DNA of 64,000 nt from positions 124,001 to 188,000 of the forward strand of contig CAJFCJ010000031.1 in assembly GCA_904063045.1 (NCBI GenBank). The letters run 5' to 3'. Each line of letters starts with the position of its first letter. Position 1 is the first letter of the stretch. Positions 1-12,800 of this stretch are shown here, piece after piece. The notes beneath the pieces are model-generated. The model had not been told where the DNA came from, ran no database searches, and saw only the letters and a list, made by a program, of their open reading frames with translations. The DNA comes from Dimorphilus gyrociliatus (taxonomy: Eukaryota > Animalia > Annelida). The position numbers were made by a program, and so were the translations under genes.

Positions 1-755
1 AGTAATGGTCTATATAGATATTCTAAATGCAAAACTTTGTTTTGTAATGCTGCAATTGATATGAGAATGTACGGTTTGCCTATTGTCGTTGATTTTCACG
101 AATAGTTCTTAAATTTTCTTTCCATCAAGATAAAGCATAATATACTTGTCTTTATAAGGCTGTATAGAAATATATTGCACAGTCTTTTTTTATACAATAT
201 ATTTGTTATATACGTAAGTAAGAGGATATTAATTGAAGAGTTTGACTATGAATAACCAATAAAATATATCAATTATAGAAAGAATTTTATCCTTCGTTGG
301 CTTGTTAATCTTTCTCTTTCTTTTTAATTTACATGGAACAGCGTGAATAAAGACCATAGAGTGAAGATAAGAGCATGCGGTGCGACTTTAATTAATCTAA
401 TAGACAGCAGTTGCAAAGAAGACTAAAGGAAGTTGGAAAATACTTTCTAAAATTAACCAAAGGTAGAATATAAATCGGTCATATAGGACTGTCAGCAGAT
501 CACCTTATCATAAAATTTCATACGATTTACCAAATAAATTAGACTGGAGAAAGGAGTTTTTCAACACTGAAATTAAAAATTTTACGCCCTTCGCCAGCCC
601 CTTTTAAAATAAATAACGAATATCTACAATGTCATTTCTTATAAGTTATCTTTGTCATATATCAAGTATATCTTATGAAAATACTTAGAGATAATATGAA
701 AACCAGCTGAAGAAATCTTTACTGTATATTTACTGTATATTTTCCAGTATATACA

Positions 756-758
<3 letters not shown>

Positions 759-791
<33 letters not shown>
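759..791. repeat. (TA)n microsatellite
   Basis: Direct reading; one of many TA runs (others near 6991, 20052, 23539, 24322). Confidence 0.95.
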
Positions 792-793
<2 letters not shown>

Positions 794-2544
794 CAGTAGA
801 TGACCAGTTTAAATCGTATTAGCATTATTTCTACTAATTAAATAGAATTAATTTTTTCGCATGGGTATGTATATTCATTTATTTAATTAGCTGCTAATAC
901 TATTTTCACATGCTTGGACAAAAATATAGAAAAGTAAAAAAACACTCTTTCACTCTCTCTCTCGTTCTTTCTCTCCTTTGAGAAATGTACAGTATATGTA
1001 CAGTATATTCCTTTGTTTCTATAAAATAAGTTGACAATAGAGGCATACAAATTTGAGGAGAAAAAGAGCATACAAAATCACTCGAACTGAAAAGAAGGGG
1101 AAAAGAGAAATAGGAGAAAGATATTTCTCTTAAAATAGACTTATAATTGTTGTACTAACAATATAATTTTACTGAAATACGTAATTTTTTTTTGTTTCTG
1201 TCAAAGGAAAAGCTATCATTTCGGTTTGTTGATGTTGAATTTGTGACAAGGAAAGCATTACGTTTTGATGTATAAATATAGAAAGTTCTAAATAAGGTAA
1301 CCGTATTTTCACTCTAACACTTCCCTCCCCTTCCCCTCCCTCCGCATGTATGTTAATATTTCATTTAAGTGAAAAGTTCTTGGAAACAAAAAAAGATTAA
1401 GGCGACAAAAAATTAAAAGTCTGCTAATAGACGACTTATAAAGCGTCTCATTAAAGGGGCATCTTGTGGAAGAATAATACAAGTATATGATGACTACAAG
1501 TTGAATAAGAAAATCGTTGTCGTTCCGGCTTATCCCCCTCCCTCTCCCTTAAATTATTTAAATAACTCTTGACCTAAAAAAAAGTCTATTGATAATAGAA
1601 TCTTTTTTATCAGGAAAAGAAGTAGGAGAGCGAGAAAGGCGGAGAGAAATAGGGAGAAACTTTCATAGAAGAGGAACAGAGAGGGAGATTTATCTAAAGC
1701 AAATATTTATATTTTTATTTAATAATAACAAAGAAAGAAATATTAACAAGAGAAGCCAGTTTCTTTTTCTACCTGCAGAAAAAAAAATCCAATCAATATC
1801 AAGTACCAAGCGTCTAAACGTTCCTACATAAAAGAGTAAGGGAAAGAATTTTGTAAAATATTTCTATTATTCATTTCTACGGAGTGAAGCGTCTTTTAAG
1901 AAAAAGGTTTATTGGTGATTGTTCAAGTATTTATTAAACAAATTTTATTTGTATACAAGTGTAAATCATATAAAAAGGTAATAAATTATATAGTAATAGA
2001 TGGGAAACAATGAAAATTCTTCTTCCCCTTTATTTTAGCGGAAATAATCAAATCTACAAATATGTTTATAAATGTATATACAGAATATAAATTTATATAT
2101 ATCATACAAAGCTGATAAACAACAATTCCTATTTGAACAAACGCAAAAGAGAAATATAAAGAATAAAGAAAAATGGCATTGAAAAAGAAAATAGAGAGGA
2201 ATAGGGCTATTTAAGTTGTATTTTTACAGTTTTACAGCATAGTAATTACCTATAGTGAGCAAGGAGGAAAAATAGCAGCGCACCTGTAGAGAAAAATAGA
2301 AATTATAAACAGTTAGAAAAGAGACCGTACAACGAGAGGTTTATCTTATCGACGTTGAAAGTTTGCAGGAGAGAGTTAGAAGAGTACGGTATTATTATTG
2401 TATATTTGTTTCTTATTAAACTGTCCTTATCTAATAATTTTAATTATTTACTTAAATGATGTATATTTTTTATTTTCCAGATATTCTTTTGCATCTCTTC
2501 AATATTCATTCTCCACCTAAATTTTTTTTAGTTATCCTCTCTTC

Positions 2545-2547
<3 letters not shown>

Positions 2548-2586
<39 letters not shown>
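2548..2586. repeat. (CT)n/(GA)n microsatellite upstream of the GPCR
   Basis: Direct reading; similar CT/GA runs near 22517, 23047, 26908 and 36797. Confidence 0.95.
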
Positions 2587-2589
<3 letters not shown>

Positions 2590-2771
2590 TCTATCTTTCA
2601 TTCTCATTCACCCATTCACCTTCTCCCATTCACTCATTAACTTACCCATCTATTCTCAGTGGTTCAGCATCATCTTCTCCATTCTTTCTTTCTCTTCTTT
2701 CTTTGTGTTAAAAGATTAAAGAAAAAAGGAAAAACACAACAGATAGATTAAACATTACAGAATAAAAAAAT

Positions 2772-4061
2772 ATGAATGCAACAACTACAATCTGGGAATT
2801 ATCAGTTCCATTTTGGGCAACGAGTATCAGCTTTATTTCAATAGAAATATTGCTTACAACGTTTACAAATATTCTACTCATGGTTACAATTTGCTATTCT
2901 CCGAATTTGAAGACGCCGGCGAATGCTTATCTGATAAATATTTGCGCAACAAATTTAACGTTAATGGGTAGTATGCTGTTATCACTGATTATGTTAATAA
3001 GGAGAGAAGTCTCAAACGAGTCAATCTTATCTAAAATTCAAATATTTCTACGTAATACTTGCTTCCTACAATATTGGGCCTTATTCGCAGCAATTGGATA
3101 TTACAGGAGCAAAACTTTGTACAAGCCTCTTGTTAATATCAGATCTAGGCGAAAAATCATCAAATTAACAACAGCCGGAAGTTGGTGTTTATCCATATTA
3201 ACAGGTTTAATAACAACGGCTATGTACTCGTCTACAAATAATTCTCTTTGCTGGAACGCCTTCAGGTCAAAAATATCATATACTAATACTTTTACGTTAG
3301 ATAATTTAGAGCCTTTGAATATAGTTGGTGTCTTCCTCTTCGCATCAGCATTCCTCTTTTGTCTTCTCATAATAGCAGCCTCCTACATTAAGATATTTAA
3401 TCCTTATTGCACTTCCCTAAAATCCGGTAGGAATAGAGTAGCTCCTTGGATAATCGACGATACGGAAGTTGTGAGAAAAGGAAAAAGATCTTATAGACCT
3501 TTTCCAACAACTGAAAATGATTCGACAATAGTGCATTATCAGAAAAAGAGTCATTCGGCATCAATAGATGAAGTTTTCGCGGCTTTGGAAAATCCAATAA
3601 GGGCTCAAATAAAGTTGGGTTATAATATTCATCAAAAGAATCTTCATAGAACAGTCAGTTCAAACAGTAATGGGTCGGAAATATCAAAATGTCCCGAGTT
3701 TAGTGATATTACGCCCGCGGCTCAATTTAGTAAGTTTAACTGGCTAAGGAATATTCACTCAACAACAAAGGCCAATCGTAAGGAGAAGTTAAGCCTATCA
3801 AGTGCTACAAAAAACAGCTTAATAATGGTGTTAACATTCATCATTTTGTCCTTTCCTTTACTTATTGTCTCTTTACCGGGCGTCTTCAAACAACGTGTAC
3901 AACTATCTACTTTTCATCACGTCATGCTCTCGTTTAATATCGTATTCTATTTCAACGCACCGGCCTATCCAATTTGGTATTTAATATTCAGTCGGCGTGT
4001 GAGGAATTGTTTGCAAAAATTGTATGATTCTTTATTGGCAAAGATGAACTTCAGACGTTAA
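2772..4061 (+). CDS. Single-exon orphan class A (rhodopsin-like) GPCR, 429 aa, with a long third intracellular loop
   Basis: Seven hydrophobic segments with class A spacing: TM1 TN(ILL), TM2 INICATNL, TM3 end AAIGYYRSKTLYKPL, TM4 W (GSWCLS), TM5 SYIKIF, TM6 FIILSFP, TM7 NAPAYPIWY plus helix 8 (SRRVR). N-terminal N-glycosylation sequon NAT. Confidence 0.85.
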   Translation: MNATTTIWELSVPFWATSISFISIEILLTTFTNILLMVTICYSPNLKTPANAYLINICATNLTLMGSMLLSLIMLIRREVSNESILSKIQIFLRNTCFLQYWALFAAIGYYRSKTLYKPLVNIRSRRKIIKLTTAGSWCLSILTGLITTAMYSSTNNSLCWNAFRSKISYTNTFTLDNLEPLNIVGVFLFASAFLFCLLIIAASYIKIFNPYCTSLKSGRNRVAPWIIDDTEVVRKGKRSYRPFPTTENDSTIVHYQKKSHSASIDEVFAALENPIRAQIKLGYNIHQKNLHRTVSSNSNGSEISKCPEFSDITPAAQFSKFNWLRNIHSTTKANRKEKLSLSSATKNSLIMVLTFIILSFPLLIVSLPGVFKQRVQLSTFHHVMLSFNIVFYFNAPAYPIWYLIFSRRVRNCLQKLYDSLLAKMNFRR

Positions 4062-4719
4062 TAAATAGACAGCGGAAATAGAAAACGAAAGGAGACGTGA
4101 ACTTGAAAATTCTCTCTTTATATTGACTTTTGTTCATGTGAAATTGTAAATAATAATAATATATTAATAATAGCTATAATAATAATAATAATCATAAAAC
4201 AAATAACACAGTAGATAAAGGAAAGCGAACGAAAACGTTGCTTTGTTTTTTTAAGACCGGTACGCCATCTGTCGGTTATTTATTTTGAGAGACTCTGCAC
4301 TCGTTTGGAACATTTTTTATGTTCTATTCGAAACGAGGCTGTTTTCATACGGGCACAAGAGGTAAACATTACGTGCAACTAGTTAATTGAACAATCTTAG
4401 TTCTTAGATGATTTCATATTAATTGAGTATATAGATAAAATCAGTTTATTTTCAAGTGAGTGGTAAAAAATTTTTCGTTATTTTTTTGCAAACAACTAGC
4501 AAAATCATCGTTATGTACACTATCATTCAATAACATTTTGCGTAGGTAGAAATCTTTGAAAATATGACTGGTCTGAAAAGGATTGATATTGATTTTTTAT
4601 AGACATTTATTTTTTATAAATATAAGATTATTAATAAAAAACTAACTACAAAATTGACCAAATTTGTAATATTGTTTATATTATCTTCGTTTCTTCTTTC
4701 GTAAATACTTTTACCATAA

Positions 4720-5869
<1,150 letters not shown>

Positions 5870-8274
5870 ATTTCTTAAATAAAGATATCACCTACAGAGC
5901 TGCTTGTTGTAAATTCAACATCGCTGTTGTATATGTGATGGAAATGGAATTTTAAAACATCATTTTACTACTCTTCAACACTGAATATTTAAAAGAATCA
6001 CAAAGAAAAATCTATCATTTGAAATAGTGCCCTCTCTTTGGGAATTTAATAGGGAACGTTTCTACTTTCTCCTCTCTCTCTCTCTCAGAATACTTACAAA
6101 TATTTGTATTTTTTTTTGAACGGATTAGGTTATTATGAAAAAAATTTTTCACTTTTGCTTTTAAAACGAAAAGTTTAAGAAAAAATAATACGAATTTTTA
6201 AACCAACTTTTCTATTAAAGATAAAAACTTGAAATTTTAAAAAAGCAATATTGAAAAATTCTCAATTTTAATTTTTGGTCATATTTTAATTAACTGCAAA
6301 ATTAATTTCTTCTCTACAAGAACCAAAAAGGTCTTTAATGTACGTTCATTCTTTTGCAATATGATATTATATATAAAATGTTATATTTTCTTATAATTAA
6401 ATGAATTCTCATTCTTCGCAGCTAATGCTTTTAAATTTGTTATTTTTTAAATGAAAGTGTTTAGTAACGGAAAATGTTATTATTATTCGCAAATATTGGT
6501 CAAAGAAACCAAGTTGGACAAGTTAATCGTATAGGAAAAAATCAACCAAACATTGTTCTCTATTTATGAAACAGGCGCCAGTTTCTTCATATCGTTTCCC
6601 CTCTTCTCTATAGGCAAATAAAGAGATGTAAACTTTGCAAAAGAAGGGATAATAATTCCATCGTTTCTACTTAAAAAAGAGGATTAAATACCTCATTTAC
6701 TACATTTGTACTTGTTGGCACGAACAAAAAAAAGTGGGTAATTAACAATTGTTACACAAACATCTACCTTCTAATGAAAGCAATATTTTTTGTTTGTCCC
6801 TTTTTTTTTTCAATTCATCAATGTAATTTTCAAATGACAAACTCGAGATAAAAGAAAGATATTTAATAATTTCTCCGCCCAATAAAATCATTAAAAGCAG
6901 GTTGTTGTTTGTTTTTTTTCTTTGACATATTACAACCAATTTATTCGATTCTCTTATAGTAAATAAAGATTAAAAGAAAGTGAAATATATCATATATATA
7001 TATATATATATGAAATCTATAAATAGACACTAGATAATCTATGTAGTAGAATATAAACAATATTTGGTCAAAGATTATTAAATTTACTAAAATATAAGTA
7101 GCTTAAAGATATATGTAAAAACTATGTCAAATTACAAATTACAACACCGATTCGTGTAATATGAAATCTACATAAAGTAGACGTGACTTTTAAAAATAAT
7201 GATAATTTATGACGTCAAAAGTAGGAGGGAGAATATATATTTTACGTTACACTTATTCTTCACATTACTATTCATTCAATTGACACAGAGAAATCTCTAC
7301 AGTTGTCATTATCATCTAAAAGTAGAACGATATTAACAGAGCGTCTCTCTCTTTTTTTTCTTTTCGTGCAAAGTTGAAATAGCAATAATCAACACAAAAG
7401 TAAATGTAAGATTTACAATATTTGTATGATAATATATCTTATATATAGATGTTTAAATTATCGTTGAGCTCTTTTTTAATAAAAGATATATTAAACATAT
7501 ATATTAAATATTAGAAATCTTAATGATGAATAAATTTAGAAGCTAGAACGCATAGGATAAAATAGTTAAGATAAAACGTTACTTAAAATAGTTTCACACA
7601 AAATTTATATATATGAAAGGAAACAATCGATTTTCTCCCGATTAGTCGTCTCCTTCGATTAGTGAATCGTATTACAAACATCGAAAGCTTTTTGATATAG
7701 ACACACAAATTCACAAGGGTTATAAATGTTACAAAGTTAATAATAATCGTCACAAGTACATTTAAATATATATATATATACAGTAAAAATATACTGTATA
7801 TAAAATCAAATAGGCTTTTGATAAACCTCGTAGACAAACAAAAATAGGTCAACTCCTCCTATAAAATCAATATATACAGTAAAAATATTTCAATCGGAAA
7901 ACTATGGCACAGCCAAATTGCTAAAATATATGTATATATAGAGAGAAAAGGGATGAAAAATGATAGAAAGAGAGAAAGAGGGGAAAGAGATGGATTAGTA
8001 AAATAATATCTATATAGGTTGAAAATAACAAAATGGCACGAGACTTTTTAAAAAATAATTCATCTTGAAAATTTAGTTAGTACTTTAAAAAGAAAAGAGA
8101 GGAATAGACAAGGGAATGATAGATAAGAGAAAAATAGAGGAAAACTCTTAAATTAGGTTAAATCTAGCAAAGAAATTAGAAGATCTAAGTTTTCCAATAT
8201 AAATACGTTTTACTGAATAATGACGAAGAGAAGTATTTTCTATTTTTATTATCTTCAAAGAGAGCATCATGAAG

Positions 8275-9871
8275 TTATTCGTCGTCGTTGCTGGAACTTG
8301 ACTTTTTCGAAGACAGTTCCGGACGTAAGTTTCCGCATTCCTTGCAAGCGCATGTTTGCCATTCATACTGATTACTCTGTTCTTGTCTATGGGATAAACA
8401 AACACAAGGTGAATGATTATGCTATTGTTGAAAATTGATTAAAGTGTCAAATACTCTCTACAAACCTGGGTGCTGGTCTCTTTCCTTGGGATATTGGGGC
8501 AGTTGCCAAAGGATTATAGCTGGTACTATACGATGATGGTGGAATAGCTTCAACTTTGTCTTCGAGATGAGACTGATCGCCCATAACATTCGAGTTTGCT
8601 CCCCTCTCTGGCAGATGTCTCAAAGATGACGGAATATCGTTCAAATGATTTACTATTGCGTTTGCAATAGGAGAAGGATTCGAAGAAGAGCAAGAATTCG
8701 AAGAGCAAGACGAAGTACTTTCCGATGGCGAAATCGGATGATTACTGGTAAATGACATCATATCTGGCAAAGGGGTTGCCATGTAATTAGAAACGGATTG
8801 ATGATTATTCGTTTGCGATAGATGCTGATTACACGTTAAACCCGTTGGGTTTGACATCATATGCATTCCCATATTTTGTGGGCTTGTTAACTCGGTCAAA
8901 ACGGGACTACTAATTCCCGGCATTGACGGGCTCTTTATACCCGCCGTCGATGGACTTTTCATCATAACGCTAGAAGGGCTCTTCTCTAACGGTACAGACG
9001 GACTATTTACGCCTGGTGTCGTCGGACTCTCGGCGTTGTGAATTGGCGAAGCAATATCGTCTGAATTTTTGTCTTTGGGCGACTTACTACTACCATTCTT
9101 ACAAACTTGATCGACTTTTTGTTGTCGTAGTAGCCATACTTGATTTGCCATAACCTTCCTTTGTTTCGTTACAAGGGCGCACTTTTCGCACGCGCAGTAC
9201 TTGTACTTGCAATAGTATTTATGGGATTTTACAGGAGCAACTTCGTCGTGAACCTTACAACGTTGACAAGTTGGGCGACGTCTCTTTCTGTTTGAACTGA
9301 ACGGCATGCAGTTTAGGTTTAGAATCTGAATTAAAAATATAATCACTTACTCAGGCTCTTGTTCAATTTCGATTGGTTCCAAATCCAAGGGTGGTATTTC
9401 CTGCGAAATATGGGCCTGTTGAAGCATCATTCCTTGCCCTCCGCCCATGGGATTGTGATGCTGATGTGACATTTGAGGCTGCATGGAAGGCGGCGGTTGC
9501 TGATGCATAGATTGATGATGGGGCTGCATTTGATGTTGCAGTTGGTGAGACGAATGGTGCGGCGGGGGTTGTTGTACCTGTTGTAGTGAATGTGGATGGT
9601 GATGGTGAGAATGATGGTGCGAATGATGCTGTTGATGATGTTGTTGATGATGAGCGTTAGGATGCATGTAAGGTTGGACTTGCAGGCGCCTATTTGCTTC
9701 AACAGCTTTTTGCTGTTTTAGAGCTGCTTGAGCTCCCCTTCTCTCCACAATCAACATACATTTAGGACAGGTACAATTTCGGAACCTGCAATGTTGCTTA
9801 TGACTCTTAAGAAGAGATACAACACCATGATTTCTACATCGAGAACATTTAGGCTTTTCTTTGTCATCCAT
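8275..9871 (-). CDS. Doublesex/mab-3-related (DMRT) transcription factor with two DM domains (predicted exons 9871-9351, 9296-8466, 8386-8275)
   Basis: DM1 [26 protein letters not shown] and DM2 [34 protein letters not shown]. The two track ORFs are in one frame separated by a single TAA inside a GA|GTAAGT donor. A 54-nt intron (9350-9297) joins them in frame. Confidence 0.88.
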
Positions 9872-12800
9872 TGTTTCAGTATTATCATCTAAAATACATG
9901 AAAATAATGATATGTTTATGCCAACAGTCTAGCTTTTGTCCAATCCCCTAGATATATAAGATTCCCTAATTAGAGCAGAAATACCCGGATTGAATAAATA
10001 ATAGCATAATGCTAATCAGGGCTTCTATTCTTTCTACACGAGACATGCCCATTTGCTCGCATTGATTAACCCAATATTATAATAGAGAAAAGGGCGTTTC
10101 TGTTGAGGGGTGGAGAGGAGGGGGGGGGGTGTTAGAAAGAGAGAGAGAGTATTGATTTGTTCGCCCTATTTTTTTTCATCAGTCTGATTCATTTGTATAG
10201 ATTCACAGTCGGATATCCGATTTTTTAATAATAACTCAAATTTTCTTCACCGTAAGATATTAAGAAAAGAGGATTTACTTTGTAATTTTTCCTTTTCCGA
10301 CTTATATAACTAACAAATGAAAAAGAAAAGGCAAGAAACGTTATAAAATACATGGCGTATATACAACTTATTGTTGATATTCAAATAACAGAAAACCTAC
10401 TAATCCCTAACACTTTGCAATAAAAAAAACAATCCAGAGCACAATATTCTAAATATAACTTTCTGATAGATAAATAAAAAATACTAAAATTCCTACCTGT
10501 TACTTATGAAATGCAGATTTAACAAAAATTGTATCTTACCATATGAGATAAACGAAGAGAGAGAGAGAGGAGAGAGAATTGTCTATATTTTCTTTCAACT
10601 AAGTAATGAGATTCCTTACTTATGAGAATATGAATTAATAATCTAAGTGTAAACAAAACTCCGTTTCACCGAATTCTAAAACGAATAGATATATAATAAA
10701 AAAGGGAGGGAACTAGCGAAAAAAAATGCGCGCGCACCTACCTTCCCATACTACCCTGCGCATACTGAACAATACAAAGAATACAAGCTATAAATTTTCT
10801 GTCAAAAATGTATCGATATATCTAATAAAACAACCTTATCTAGTTGAATATTTCAAATAAGAAAAAAGTGGGAATAGGTACATTCTATTAAATGATATAG
10901 AACGTTAAAATAAATACTCATTCTTACTCTTCGGCTATTGGTCTCTTTCTTTCTGGCTGTTTCGTTCGCTGTCCCTTTCCTGCTCCTTCTCGAACTTTGA
11001 TCGACTCAAAAAAAGGACTAGCTATTTTGAATATAACGCATGCGCGCGCAGAAAATACACCAAGAACGGGTAGGATAGCTCATAAATTTAAGTTTATGGC
11101 AGGCGGTACTGTGCAGGGCTCGCGTTGTACGCTCTATACAGACACAACATTGTAACACCATCGATCGTCGGTTCGCTTAGAAGAAAATAAAAACTAGAAC
11201 TCGGTATGAATAAAAAAGAGGTCACATTGCGGGAGAATATATACATCTCACTCGGAAAATACGTCGAATTCAAAGTGTTACATTGTTGCGCGACCATTTA
11301 GCATCAACTGTGTCGTTCAAGAGCGTCACTTTAACCAATGTCCTCTGATCAATTATATTTAAATGTTATCCCAACAGTCTGTCTAGTTGGTTAGTTAGTC
11401 TAAAAGCGCTTTAATTAAATCGTTTTCCTACATTGAAACTATTCAAGTCCATAAAAAAAAGATTCTTAATAAAAACTGTAACATAAATTTTTCATTTTCC
11501 AATAAAATTAATAACAATAAAAAAGAAACCTCGTAACAAAGCAAGAAAAACGATGTTTTTCCAGTATTTTACCTGAAATGTTTTGGAAAAGTGAACTGCC
11601 GTTCTTAGACTGACCCCCCTTCCTTTCCCTTGACTGATATACTCGCCAAAAAAAAACAAGGCCGCGCATTTTAAAAAGTTATATTTGAAAATTACATTGA
11701 TTCTATTAAACTAGACGATTTTCGTTCGGAACATTGTATTCCCTAAATTAGATATGATATATTATTTGAATATTTACTGCAATCCAACTAAATTTGAATA
11801 GATAAAATTAACATAGTATTGTAATAAACTTGGATTTTTTTCAAAAAAAAGGATACAATGAAAGAAAAAAGAATGTTTTTAAACGTGATTTTACATAGAT
11901 TTTTGCAATGATTTCATAGTTTTTCGTTGAAATAAATGTACAAAAAAAGTATGACTGCTATAATCTACCTCTTTTTCATTGACATATAAGTATATTTATC
12001 TATCTCTTTCTCTTCGCTCTCTCTCTCTCTCTCTCTTAAAAACATTTTTGATTCATAGCATAAAAACGAAGTGAACTTTTTCTTTAAAGAGAAATGTTTA
12101 TAAAAGTTTCAATTTTGTCTTTATTCACAATAACCTCTTGCTAAGTTTTAGAAATATTACTAACCTGTTTTATTCGCTGACGGCAGTTCAACAATTGCTG
12201 ATAGGCAACTGGCAGACACGTGATGCACACCCGCCATCTAACGCGTGGAAATAAAAAAAAGTAGCTCCGGCATCCTTTTCTCTAGCCTTTTTTCGAGCTT
12301 GGTAAAAATCATTACGCGAAACAACAGTCACTCAATGTCCATTCGTTCAGACTATAATAACCTTTTGGGCTCTTACCATTCTTCCTCCCTTTTTCCATTT
12401 CACCCTTATTTATAAGAATTCCCTCTTAAAATCTTGTCCTATTTAAAACTGGTAACTTTATTTTTTCCCTCTTTTTCCCTTCGTTAAGATCCCAATTACT
12501 ATATCTTTTAGTTTATTCAACATTTCGTAATCATCATTTATTGGTGATATGAGAAGATAGCAGGGAAGAAGTGATCGGGGAGAAAGTGGGAGAGAGAGAG
12601 AGAAAAGGGGTGGGATAAATGTTGGTAATTTATTAGTAGAATAAAACTATGACACTGTAATAAAATTCTTGAGAAGGTAATAGAAAAATAAAAGAGAGAA
12701 TTGGCAAGAAAGTGCCTTAGTTCGTTTAACAGCTTTTAAGTGTTAACCGACTAATGAGTTATATAATTGTTACGTATTCTGTCAGTATATCATTGTACAA

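Noticed and set aside
341-426. Short open stretch VNKDHRVKIRACGATLINLIDSSCKED*, a possible last exon of a gene entering from the left
   Set aside because: Too short, no recognisable family, and could not be linked to upstream exons.
9326-9350. Apparent 25-nt intron in the DMRT gene using the TTCAG acceptor at 9326
   Set aside because: Much shorter than other introns here, and it shifts frame into an immediate stop. The 54-nt option keeps frame.
9744-9756. TCCACAATCAACA resembling the Drosophila dsx Tra/Tra2 repeat element
   Set aside because: Single copy, one mismatch, on the antisense strand, and explained by coding sequence (MLIVER).
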